Shown: positions 17,668-29,200 of the stretch, piece by piece
Layout of the letters: each line of letters starts with the position of its first letter
Numbering within the stretch: position 1 is the stretch's first letter
Program-made: the position numbers and the translations under genes
Virus record (IMG/VR): IMGVR_UViG_3300030329_002091
Span: 1-54,714 of that record
Origin: a virus
Lineage: Duplodnaviria > Caudoviricetes
Strand: one strand, 5' to 3'
DNA length: 54,714 nucleotides
The notes under the pieces: generated by a model
Seen by the model: only the letters and a program-made list of their open reading frames with translations
Told to the model about the DNA's origin: nothing
Database searches by the model: none

Positions 17668-18816
17668 ATGGCAAAAACAAAAAAAGAGCCAGAGGTGGCT
17701 AAAGAAGAACCTAGAGAAGAACCTAAGGTTGATAATACCGTAGATAAACTAAAAATTAAAAAACCTAAAAAGTTTAGCAAAGCGAGCGAAGAAAAGGTTA
17801 CTAAAATAGATATAAAAGAGTTAGCAAAGAAAGCTGAAGAAGTAGTTAAGGTTGATTTAAAAAAACCTGAAGAAATATCTAAACCTGAAGAAATAAAAGA
17901 ACCTGAAAATATAGATGAAAAAACTCCTTTGTTAGAAGAGATAAAAGAAGAGGATGTTAAACCCATAAAAACACCAGAAGAACCAAAAATGGTTTTACCT
18001 GAAAACGTTCAAAAGTTAATGAACTTTATGAATGAAACAGGTGGTGATATAAATGACTACGTTAATCTTAATCAAGATTATGAAAAATGGGATAACGATA
18101 CTTTGTTAAGAGAGTACTACAAAAAAACAAAACCTCACCTAAACAATGAAGAAGTTGATTTTATTATAGAAGATAAGTTTCTATATGACAACGATTCAGA
18201 TGATGAAAAAGAAATAAAAAGAAAAAAACTGGCGTTAAAAGAGCAAGTTGCCGACGCTAGACAGCACCTGGACGGCTTAAAGTCCAAATACTATGAAGAA
18301 CTTAAAAGTGGATCTAAGCTCACTGAAGAGCAACAGAAAGCTATTGAGTTTTTTAATAGATATAACGAAGAATCAGAGAATAATGAAAAAGCTAAAAATA
18401 CTTTTTTAAATAAAACTGACGAGGTTTTCAATGACGAATTTAAAGGATTTGAATATAAAGTTGGTGATAAAAAGTATAGATTTAACGTTAATAACATTAA
18501 GGAGATTAAAGACAAGCAGAGTGACATTAAAAACTTTATTGGGAAGTTCCTAAATGAAGAACAACAAATGGAAGATGCTAGTGGTTATCATAAAAGTCTT
18601 TTTACTGCTATGAATGCAGATCAAATAGCCAATCATTTTTACGAGCAAGGAAAAGCTGATGCTTTAAAACAAAGCGCTGCTCAAGCTAAAAATGTTGACA
18701 TGGACCCAAGACAGTCTCATGGAGATAATATTAGCGTAGGTGGTTTAAAGTTTAAAGCGTTAAATGACGATGCTCCTGATTTTAAGTTTAAGTTTAAAGG
18801 AAAAAAGAATAAATAA
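17668..18816 (+). CDS. Putative capsid scaffolding protein
   Basis: Glu/Lys-rich helical protein between portal and capsid genes. Confidence 0.65.
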   Translation: MAKTKKEPEVAKEEPREEPKVDNTVDKLKIKKPKKFSKASEEKVTKIDIKELAKKAEEVVKVDLKKPEEISKPEEIKEPENIDEKTPLLEEIKEEDVKPIKTPEEPKMVLPENVQKLMNFMNETGGDINDYVNLNQDYEKWDNDTLLREYYKKTKPHLNNEEVDFIIEDKFLYDNDSDDEKEIKRKKLALKEQVADARQHLDGLKSKYYEELKSGSKLTEEQQKAIEFFNRYNEESENNEKAKNTFLNKTDEVFNDEFKGFEYKVGDKKYRFNVNNIKEIKDKQSDIKNFIGKFLNEEQQMEDASGYHKSLFTAMNADQIANHFYEQGKADALKQSAAQAKNVDMDPRQSHGDNISVGGLKFKALNDDAPDFKFKFKGKKNK

Positions 18817-18831
18817 TTAAAAATTAAAAAA

Positions 18832-20301
18832 ATGGCAATTACAGCAGGAGATAATTTGAATAGTGTTGCTCTTCCACAGAGACAAACATTATCTACAAAT
18901 TATATCGATTTTACAAACGCTAACACTCAGGGTTGGGCACAGCAATACTTACCTGATCTAATGGAGAAAGAAGCTGAGGTTTTTGGAAACAGAACTATCT
19001 CAGGATTTTTATCTCAAGTTGGCGCAGAAGAGGCTATGGCCTCAGACCAAGTTATTTGGTCAGAACAAGGTAGATTACACTTATCATATAATGGTACAGT
19101 TGTAACTGCTCAAAACTACATTACTATTGGTACTGATATCGATGGAAATGCAGCAGGAACAGAACACGGTATTAGAGCTGGAGATACAATTTTAGTTTCT
19201 AGTGCTACTACAACTGTTAGATGTTATGTTCAAACAATTGACCCAGACACGGACAATAGAGCTGAGATTTTAGTTTTACCTTACACAGGTGCAGCTACTC
19301 TTGGTGCTCACTTTGGTTCTAATGACACGGTTACAGTTCTAGTTTACGGTTCTGAACACGCTAAAGGTACAACTGGTAGAACTGGAGCTAACACTCCACA
19401 GTTCCAAACTTTCACTAACAAACCAATGATTTTAAAAGATAAGTATGAGATCTCAGGATCTGATGCATCTGCTATTGGTTGGGTTGAAGTTTCAGGTGAA
19501 GATGGACAAAATGGTTACATGTGGTATTTAAAAGCTGAAGGTGATACTAGAGCTCGTTTCACGGATTACTTAGAAATGTCTATGTTAGAAGCTGTTAACG
19601 GTGGCGCTAATAATACTATTGATACAACTTTCGCAGCTGGAGGTTTCTCTGGTATCGCAGCTACTGGTGCTGGTGCAGCAGTTGGTTCAGAAGGTTTATT
19701 TGCGGCTATTGAGTCAAGAGGTAATATGACTTCTGGAGTTACAGGTGTTAACTGGGCTACTGATTTAGCTGAATTTGATGCTATATTAGCTGAATTTGAT
19801 AGACAAGGTTCTATTGAAGAAAACATGATGTTCGTAAATAGAACTACATCTTTAGCAATAGATGATATGTTAGCTGGTATTAACGGAGGTTACGCTGGTG
19901 GTGCTTCTTACGGAGTTTTTGATAACGAAGAAGACATGGCGCTTAACTTAGGTTTCTCTGGATTCCGTAGAGGTTCTTATGATTTCTATAAATCAGATTT
20001 CAAATATCTTAACGATAGAGGCACGAGAGGTGGAATGTTAGACACTGTTAACGCTATCAGAGGGGTTATTATCCCAGCTGGTGTTACTTCAGTTTATGAC
20101 CAATCTTTAGGTAAAAACCTTAAGAGACCATTTTTACACGTTCGTTATAGATCTTCTAAAACTGACGATAGAAAAATGAAGACTTGGGTTACTGGTTCCG
20201 TTGGAGCTACTACATCTGACTTAGATGCGATGGAGATTCACTATCTATCTGAAAGATGTTTAATCGTACAAGGTGCTAACAACTTTATGTTGATGAACTA
20301 A
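18832..20301 (+). CDS. Major capsid protein
   Basis: 489 aa; follows the scaffold gene; followed by a strong terminator. Confidence 0.8.
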   Translation: MAITAGDNLNSVALPQRQTLSTNYIDFTNANTQGWAQQYLPDLMEKEAEVFGNRTISGFLSQVGAEEAMASDQVIWSEQGRLHLSYNGTVVTAQNYITIGTDIDGNAAGTEHGIRAGDTILVSSATTTVRCYVQTIDPDTDNRAEILVLPYTGAATLGAHFGSNDTVTVLVYGSEHAKGTTGRTGANTPQFQTFTNKPMILKDKYEISGSDASAIGWVEVSGEDGQNGYMWYLKAEGDTRARFTDYLEMSMLEAVNGGANNTIDTTFAAGGFSGIAATGAGAAVGSEGLFAAIESRGNMTSGVTGVNWATDLAEFDAILAEFDRQGSIEENMMFVNRTTSLAIDDMLAGINGGYAGGASYGVFDNEEDMALNLGFSGFRRGSYDFYKSDFKYLNDRGTRGGMLDTVNAIRGVIIPAGVTSVYDQSLGKNLKRPFLHVRYRSSKTDDRKMKTWVTGSVGATTSDLDAMEIHYLSERCLIVQGANNFMLMN

Positions 20302-20316
20302 GTACTATATTTTAAA

Positions 20317-20350
20317 GAGTCGGGGCTTCGGCCTCGACCCTTTATTTTTT
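20317..20350 (+). terminator. Rho-independent terminator
   Basis: GTCGGGGC-TTCG-GCCTCGAC hairpin followed by a T-rich tract. Confidence 0.85.
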
Positions 20351-20374
20351 ATTAATTTTATTATATATTATATT

Positions 20375-21193
20375 ATGGCAAAGAAAACAAAAAAAGACGA
20401 GGTAGAGGTACCTGTTGTTGAAACTCCAGTAGTTGAAACACCAAAACCTAAAAGAATCCCACGTATAGATGACAATTGGGAAATTAAAGATAGAACGTAT
20501 TTCTTAAAAGGAGATATGACACCTATTTCTAGAATTATTAAATCTACAGGATTGTATTGGTTTGATGAAGAAAAAGGTTACGAAAGAGAATTAAAATATT
20601 GTGAAAATCAAAAAACTTGTTTTGTTGATGAAATGAAAGGAGACCAAAGATTATCGCATATAATTTTTAGAAATGGAGCTTTAGAGGTTCCTAAAAATAA
20701 ACAAACTTTACAAAAATTACTTTCTTTATACCACCCTCACAAAGGTAGTGTATACAGAGAACACACACCAGTTAAAGATGCGGAAAGTCATTTAGACTGG
20801 TTAGAGTTTGAAGTAGCAGCAATGAACGCCGCGAATAACTTAGACATAGACATGATGGAAGCAGTTATGCGTGTTGAGATTGGATCTGACGTGACTAAGA
20901 TGACTTCTAAGGAACTTAAACGTGATTTATTATTATTTGCTAAAAAGAATCCAAAACTGTTCTTAGAATTAGTTACTGATGAAAATGTACAACTTAGAAA
21001 CTTTGGAATAAAAGCTGTAGAAGCTAACATTATAAAGTTATCTGGAGATCAAAGAACATTCACATGGGGAAGCACAGGTAGAAAATTAATGAACGTTCCG
21101 TTTGAAGAACATCCTTACTCAGCTTTAGCCGCTTGGTTTAAAACTGATGAAGGTATGGAGATATATAAAAATATCGAAAAAAGATTAAAATAA
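20375..21193 (+). CDS. Hypothetical protein
   Basis: 272 aa ORF flanked by terminators. Confidence 0.8.
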   Translation: MAKKTKKDEVEVPVVETPVVETPKPKRIPRIDDNWEIKDRTYFLKGDMTPISRIIKSTGLYWFDEEKGYERELKYCENQKTCFVDEMKGDQRLSHIIFRNGALEVPKNKQTLQKLLSLYHPHKGSVYREHTPVKDAESHLDWLEFEVAAMNAANNLDIDMMEAVMRVEIGSDVTKMTSKELKRDLLLFAKKNPKLFLELVTDENVQLRNFGIKAVEANIIKLSGDQRTFTWGSTGRKLMNVPFEEHPYSALAAWFKTDEGMEIYKNIEKRLK

Positions 21194-21201
21194 TCTAACT
21201 G

Positions 21202-21238
21202 TAGTAAGCGATCGCCCTACGGGGCGATTGTTTTACTA
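21202..21238 (+). terminator. Rho-independent terminator
   Basis: GCGATCGCCC-TACG-GGGCGATTGT hairpin followed by Ts. Confidence 0.8.
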
Positions 21239-21251
21239 TAAAAAATAAAAT

Positions 21252-21425
21252 ATGAATTTATCAAATTATAAAAAATCAATAGGATTAGGAGACACAATAG
21301 AAAAGATAACAAAAGCAACTGGAATAAAAACAATTGTAGACACTGTTAGCAAAGCAACAGGTAAAGATTGTGGTTGTAATAAAAGAAAAGAAAATTTAAA
21401 TAATAAATTTCCATATAAAAAATAA
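21252..21425 (+). CDS. Small protein missing from the ORF track (57 aa, GLGDTIEKITKATGIK...DCGCNKRK)
   Basis: Translated by hand; A-rich leader; fills the gap between terminator and next gene. Confidence 0.75.
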   Translation: MNLSNYKKSIGLGDTIEKITKATGIKTIVDTVSKATGKDCGCNKRKENLNNKFPYKK

Positions 21426-21430
21426 CAATA

Positions 21431-22267
21431 ATGGCGGTAAGTATAGACACGGTATATCAAAGAGTTTTAGCAATAGCTAATAAAGAACAAAGAGGTTATA
21501 TAACACCACAAGAGTTTAATCTATTAGCCAACCAAGCTCAAATGGCTATATTTACACAGTATATATATGATATAAAGATGGCTCAATCAGCACATCAAAA
21601 TGATACTATTTTTTCTAATGAAATAGATTTTTTAAACGAAAAATTAGAACCTTTTAGAAGTTGGGATTATTGTAGTAAAGTAACAAATGGCTCAACAGTA
21701 TTATCAAACAACGAACCTGTTCCAGCTGGAATAGCTACTTTGCCAGCGGGTACAGATTATTTAGGTAGTGTTGTTTACGAAGAAAATCCTGGTGTTTGGG
21801 GAACAACTCAAGTTGAAATTCAAGAGGTAACAGAAACCGATCTTATTCATTTGAGACAAGCGCCTTTAGCTGCCCCAACATTAGAGAGGCCAATATTCGT
21901 AAGGCACTCTGCTAACCAAATAAGAATATATCCAGCGATTGTTCACCCTGCAGCAAGCGCTACTGTTACTATAGCTGGTACACCATCACCTGTTGGAGAA
22001 AACTATCAAACAAGGTTAAAGTGTAATATTTTAACAGCACCTAAAAGAGAGAACGGTACAGATGCTAGATGGGGTTATGCCGTTGTAAATGGACAGGCTT
22101 TATACAACGCAAACGAAACAGCGAATTTTATATTACATCCTTCTGAAGAAGAAAAATTAGTTTTAAAAATTTTAGAATTAGCAGGTATAGTATTAAATAA
22201 GCCTGGAGTTGTTCAAATAGCTGGACAAGAAGAAGGCGAAGTTATTGCCAAGCAAAAAATGACATAA
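21431..22267 (+). CDS. Putative tail tubular/adaptor protein
   Basis: NKEQRGYITPQEFN N-terminus; position in the structural module. Confidence 0.6.
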   Translation: MAVSIDTVYQRVLAIANKEQRGYITPQEFNLLANQAQMAIFTQYIYDIKMAQSAHQNDTIFSNEIDFLNEKLEPFRSWDYCSKVTNGSTVLSNNEPVPAGIATLPAGTDYLGSVVYEENPGVWGTTQVEIQEVTETDLIHLRQAPLAAPTLERPIFVRHSANQIRIYPAIVHPAASATVTIAGTPSPVGENYQTRLKCNILTAPKRENGTDARWGYAVVNGQALYNANETANFILHPSEEEKLVLKILELAGIVLNKPGVVQIAGQEEGEVIAKQKMT

Positions 22268-22284
22268 TAATTAAAAAAAAATAA

Positions 22285-23196
22285 ATGGGATTAGCATCAG
22301 CAGCAAACGCGTATTATGGTGGTAGCAGTTTTGGAACTTACCAATTTATATCTTTAAAAGATATTATTAATAATTTTATAGTGGCTTACGTTGGCGAAGG
22401 AAAAATCATAAGTAAGATAAAAAGAGGTGATATACAGTTCCATGCTCAACGTGCTATACAAGAATTAAGTTTTGATACTTTTAAATCTACTAAATCTCAA
22501 GAAATAGAAATACCACCGTCTTTAGTAATGGTTTTGCCTCATGACTATGTTAATTACGTAAAGTTAACTTGGATTGATGGTAATGGTTTAGAGCATATAA
22601 TATATCCAACTAGATACACTTCAAATCCTTTTTCTATAAAACAAGATACAGATGGTTCTTATAGTTTTGATGCAAATGATGATGGAGTTGACGATTCTAC
22701 AGATTTAGTAGAACAAGATTCTACAAACAACATATCAGACACTTGGAATAAGTATAAAAATATGAAGGTAGACAATAACGTTGGAACTGGAGCTAGTGAT
22801 GATTTAGATACAGATATATATGATTACAATGAAGGACAGCGTTATGGAATAGAACCTGAAACAGCTCAGGTTAATGGCTCTTTCTTTATAGATAATTTAA
22901 GAGGAAAAATACATTTTAGTTCTAATATAAAAGGAAAAACTGTAATATTAAAATATATAAGTGATAGTTTAGGTACAGACGCGGAAATACAAGTTCATAA
23001 ATTTGCTGAAGAAGCTATGTACAAATGGATAGCTCATGCTATATTGTCAACACGATCTCAAACACAAGAATACTTAGTCGCTAGATTTAAAAAAGAAAGA
23101 ACAGCAGAAATAAGAAAAGCTAAATTAAGGTTATCGAATTTAAAACTTGAAGAATTAACTCAAATATTAAGAGGTAAGTCTAAACAAATAAAATAA
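22285..23196 (+). CDS. Putative tail ring/structural protein
   Basis: 303 aa; gene order. Confidence 0.55.
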   Translation: MGLASAANAYYGGSSFGTYQFISLKDIINNFIVAYVGEGKIISKIKRGDIQFHAQRAIQELSFDTFKSTKSQEIEIPPSLVMVLPHDYVNYVKLTWIDGNGLEHIIYPTRYTSNPFSIKQDTDGSYSFDANDDGVDDSTDLVEQDSTNNISDTWNKYKNMKVDNNVGTGASDDLDTDIYDYNEGQRYGIEPETAQVNGSFFIDNLRGKIHFSSNIKGKTVILKYISDSLGTDAEIQVHKFAEEAMYKWIAHAILSTRSQTQEYLVARFKKERTAEIRKAKLRLSNLKLEELTQILRGKSKQIK

Positions 23197-23201
23197 TAAA
23201 T

Positions 23202-26200
23202 ATGCCAGAGTTAAATCAAAACTTTATAAAAGGTCGAATGAATAAAGACCTGGACGAAAGATTGGTTCCTAATGGTGAATATAGAGACGCTTTAAATATA
23301 GAGGTTTCTACATCTGAAGGTTCTGATGTCGGTTCAGCACAGACAACAGGAAGTAATGTTAAGTTACCAACTCTATCTGTTTTAGATACCAATGGAGGAC
23401 CTTATACTTGCGTGGGATCTATAGCTAATGAAAAAACAAATAAAATATATTGGTTTGTGTCAGGTTCTGATAGAGACGCTATAGTAGAATTTGATTCTGA
23501 TACAGAACAAGAGACTTTAGTTTTTGTAGACATATACAAAACAACTGTTTCTTTATTATCAGATGGGCACACCGGTACTAATCCTTACGATCACCTTCAT
23601 ATTCCAGATAATGGTAATTCTACAGAGAACATAACAAATATAAGAGTTGGAATGAATGTTACAGGTACGTTTACTTACCCTTCTGGACATTCGTTATCTG
23701 GACAAAGTTATAATATTACGCTAAACGAAAACTTCACTGTAGACGATATGCAATTAGACGCCCCGTCTGGTTGGCGTGTTTATTTATCTAAACCTTCTCC
23801 ATCTCAACAATTCCCCTCTTCGGCTGGCGACACACTTACATTTATATCAAAAAGAGTATTAAATTTTGATGACGAAAAGTACATAACAGGAATAAATATA
23901 ATTGATGATTTATTATTTTGGACAGATAATAGATATGAACCTAAAAAAATAAATATTCCAAGATCTATAGAGGGTACAACATCAATAGATCAACACACTA
24001 AATTAAAAGTTAGAGATAACGATAATCAATTAATATCACACAATTATAATCTTCATAAAGGTAGAGAATATGTAGAAGTAGAGCATATTACAGTAGTAAA
24101 AAAATCACCATTAATACCTCCTAAATTAGAAATGGATACAACCGCTGTGTCTAGAGGTAGTATAAATGGTACTTGGACAACCAACTTTACTCAAGGTACA
24201 GGAGACGAATTGATAAACGATCCTGTTAACACAATGTACACAGGTGTATCATTGCCTAGTGGTCCTGATTTTAGAGAAGGAGATATTATAATTTTAACTA
24301 ACACTCAACCAAACAATCCCTTAAGTTTTACAAAGCATGAAGTAAGATTAGAAGTTAGAGCCATAAACAACGGTCTTTTTGATTTAATGTTAATAGCTAT
24401 AACAACGTCTCCTTTACAAGAAGCTGATCAAACATGGTGGTTTCTTTTAGAGCAAGAAAAACCTATGTTTGAATTTAAGTTTCCTAGATTCGCGTACAGA
24501 TGGAGATTTAAAGACGGTGAATATTCGTCATTTTCTCCATTTTCAGAAATAGCATTTCTACCTTCTACGTTTGATTATTATCCTAAAAAAGGATACAACT
24601 TGGGAATGACAAATAATGTTAGATTTTTAAAAATAAAAGATTTTGTAGCAGAGAGAGACATGTTGCCTACCGATGTTATCTCTATAGACATACTGTACAA
24701 AGAATCTAATTCTAACAATATATATACGGTAAAAACGATAATGTATGGAGATTCAGAGTGGGAAGCTGGAGCAACGTCAAATAAGTTATTAAAAGGTGAA
24801 ACTGTTATAGAATCAGAAATGATATACGCTACGGTTCCATCTAATCAATTATTAAGACCTTGGGATAACGTTCCAAGAAAAGCATTAGGACAAGAAATAA
24901 CTGGAAACAGATTGGTTTATGCTAATTATTTACATCAATACAATATTAAGGATGGAGAATTTGGTAAAGTTATACCTATAAAACTAATACCTACATTATC
25001 TACCGATCCACCTGAACCAAAGGTTCCTAAAAAATCTATAAAATCATTAAGAACATATCAATTAGGGGTTGTTTATAGAGATGCTTATGGTAGAGAAACT
25101 CCTGTATTAGCATCGTCAGAAGAAGATAATAATATTACTTCTGGTACAATTGTTACTAAAAAAGGATTAGCAGATAATTATAATAGATTAGAAGTTAGAT
25201 GTGCTAATAATAAACCATATTGGGCAGAAAGTTATAAGTTCTTTATAAAAGAAACTTCAAATGAATATTATAACTTAGCAATGGATCGTTGGTACAACGC
25301 AGAAGATGGTAACGTTTGGATATCTTTCCCTTCGGCAGAGAGAAATAAAATAGACGAAGATACCTATTTGATACTCAAAAAACAACATGATAATGATACT
25401 TTTGTAGCGGATGAAGGTAGATACAAAGTTATAGCTATAGAAAACGAAGCCCCTAAGTTTATAAAATCTTCTTTAAGATCTTTTGGTAGTGTGCCTATGA
25501 CTTGGGTGTCTGGAGGTGAACCAATAGAAAATTACACACAAATATACGCGGACACAACTAAGTTTGAAGCCGGTGGATTTGGAGACGCTGTAGGATTATC
25601 TGATCTAAGATTAAGAATAAAAAATAGCGCTAATAGTTCTGCTTGGTACGAGGTATCTGGTATATCTCAATCTACAACTAATAATTATTATTTAATTTCA
25701 TTGGCAAAAAAGTTTAACGAAGATATAGCATGGTGCGACCCAGATGGAGATGGTACTGTTATAACAGGTTTAGAGTTAGAAATAGCACAAGCTGTTTATA
25801 CTGATAAACCTGAATTTGATGGTAGATTTTTTGTTAAAATATATAAAGATATAGCTTTAGTAAATAATATATTAACTATTGCGATGACAGCTCCTACGTT
25901 TGCTATAAAAATGGCTAAACATCATTATTACTTAAACAGCGCCTCAGGAAGAGATATGGAGTGGTGGGAAGAAGGTTGGAATAGAACCGACTTTTTTATT
26001 GACGGTGAAAGAAGAGGTTTTGTAGGAGCAGGATATCAAAATACTGTTATTGGGTGTGTAGATCCGCTTCAAGGATACTTATCTAATATAACTGGAAATA
26101 TTCCAACTGGTGGTGTTTTAAATAGTGCTTATTATGCTGGTCACGCAGGTCCTTATACATCAGATCATGGAGCTGGTATATCAGGGTTCCATTCTGGTCA

Positions 26201-29200
26201 TCCAAGTTTAAACTGTTCTATGGAGTTTAGTGTTTCTAAATTAGAAAATGGAATTGACTTCCAAGAGGCAGAGGCATTTAGTTTAGTTAATACCGATCAA
26301 AATGATTTTTGGCAAGCTTTAAAATCAGTTGGAACTATGTTTAGATGGCAAAACGATCCAGATGGAGTTATATATGTAGTGGAAAGTGCACAAGACTCTG
26401 GAGATCCAGGCCCTCCTAATAGCGGTACTAATGGCAATGGAATACTAAACTTTAGTAGTAGTAACTGTTCTGGTAACACTAAAGGTGAGCAAGATGACAA
26501 CAAAACAAGAAGACTTTATCTAAACTTTAGAACACACGTAAAAGGATGGAGAAAAGATTCGCAAAATACCAACGTTAGTCTACAAGAAACTTATATTTCC
26601 GATCCAGCTTTAAAAGCCTCGGTGGGAACAAATATTGGACAATTGCCTCATTGGCAAGGAGGACCAGTTCCACCTAGTCTTTTTAGGCCAATTGATAATT
26701 TTAGTGACGCATCTAATATAGCATTAGCCGCGGCTGGAACTCCAGTTTCTATAGGACACTCAACTGGATCAAAGAGTACAACTTTAACTGAAATACCAAA
26801 AGAAATAACAGAAACTAGTAGAGCTGCATATACAAATAAAATAGAAATATTAGATGTCTTTTATGAAGACGAAAACTCATATCAAAGCGAGAACCCTGCT
26901 ATATGGGAAACAGAACCAAAGGAAGATGTAGGATTAGATATATACTACGAAGCTAGTCAAGCTTATCCAATGCAAATAAATTCTAAGACAAACGAAATGT
27001 ACGCGCCTATAGGAAGTGTGATAACTTGCGAAGATACTAGTATAGAAATAACACCTGGGACAACATTACAATCGTGGAACGATAACGAAATTATAATATC
27101 TAACCCACATTCTACCACGTTTGACGCTTCTACAAAGCAAGGTGGTATTGAAATTATGACTGGTTTAGCAAATGGAACTGTTTTAACTTTCTCTGTAATA
27201 GACCAACAAGGTAATCTCGTTAGCGCTACTAGAGCTGTAGTTGGATCATGTTTATTGTTGAATAAGATTCAACTACAAAGAGACGTTAGTAAGCAAAGAC
27301 AAACGTTACCATGGTTTAATTGTTATTCATTTGGTAATGGAGTTGAATCAGATAGAATAAGAGATGACTTCAACACACCAACAATAGATAATGGCCCTAA
27401 AGCGTCTACTACTTTAGCTAAACATTATGAAGAAGAAAGAAGAGGTAATGGTTTAATATATTCTGGTATATACAACTCTACTAGCGGTGTAAACAATCTT
27501 AATCAGTTTATAATGGCTGAAAAAATAACAAAAGATTTAAATCCTAGATTTGGTACTATACAAAAGTTACACTCTAGAGATACTGATATTATTGCTTTGT
27601 GTGAGGATAAGGTGTTAAAAATATTAGCAAATAAAGACGCTGTATTTAACGCTGATGGAGATCCACAATTAGTGGCGACGGATAGAGTTTTAGGACAAGT
27701 AGTTCCTTATACTGGTGAATATGGTATATCTAAAAATCCAGAATCATTTGCTTTCCAAGCATACAGATCTTATTTCTCTGATAAAGCTAGAGGAGTCGTA
27801 TTGAGATTGTCTAGAGATGGTTTAACACCTATATCATCTCATGGTATGAAAGATTGGTTTGCTGATAATTTAAAAACCGCTAAAAATATTATAGGTAGTT
27901 ATGATGATAAAAAAGAACTGTATAATATTACTTTAGCAGATACATCTATAGTTATAAGCAGAGATGATGTTCCAAATTCACCTATAGAATGGACAGACGT
28001 GAATGCATTGGGAGATTGGAGAATGGGAGACACCGCTAGCGCTGGTAAATGGGTACAACACGGAGATAACAATACAAATCTTTTAACTGGAAATTCAAGT
28101 TTACCAAATGTCACTAATATAATACTAGCAACAACAGATGCTTTTCCGACGGATCAAACATCTAATTTTACAGATTTAATATCTGCTTTTAATACACATG
28201 GAGCTAGTAATGTCTTATTACATTATCAAGTTCTTCACGGTGGATTAGGATCTCAATCACCAACGTTAAACGCTGGTAATAATGCCCCTATAATAACATT
28301 TGAAATTTTAGCAATTAATTCCACAACTCATAATGGGTTCCCAACATACACGTTTACCGTATCTTACGATTCTGGTGATTGGTCCCAACAAGATATAACT
28401 CATTTTTGGTGGAGTTTAAAAAGTGTTGATGGAAATATATTACCAAAAGGAGGAGATAAAAGTATTAAAGATTATACTGTAAGTTTTTCTGATAAAGTAA
28501 ATGGATGGGTAAGTTTTAAATCATTTATTCAAGAAAATGGATTAAGTTTAAATAATAAATATTACACATTTAAAGCTGGTAAACTATACGAGCATAGAAG
28601 AGATAATACAGTAAATAACTTTTATGGCACACAATATAATTCTTCTATAAATGTTTTATTGAATGGATCTCCGAATACTGTTAAGAGTTTAAATACGATA
28701 AATTATTCTGGAAGTCAAGCTAAAATCACACAGAATTTATTAACAGGGGTTAACGCGGATGGTTATAATCAGTTTGACGGAGAATATTTTAATAATTATT
28801 CTGCTCTTGGATGGTATGTTGATTCTATAGAGTCAGACTTACAGTCTGGAGCGAAATTAGAATTTAAAGAAAAAGAAGGTAAATGGTTTACATTTATAAA
28901 AGGAGTTAAAACATATTTTAACGATGACAAAGATACTAATTTAGATATGACTGAATTTTCTGTTCAAGGAATAGGTTATTCTGGAACGGTAATATGTCCT
29001 GACTGTGGAACTGGAGAACCTGAAGAACCTGGTTACGCGTGTGGAGATAAAATTATAATGACAAGCGATGGAGATAATATAGTATATGGAGTCACGGGTA
29101 ACATAACACAGTTAAACGATTTGTTAAACTGGTTTAATCAAGATTCTATTTATAGAACTTATAATTTCCAAGATTACGTATTTGAACTTCAACAAACACC

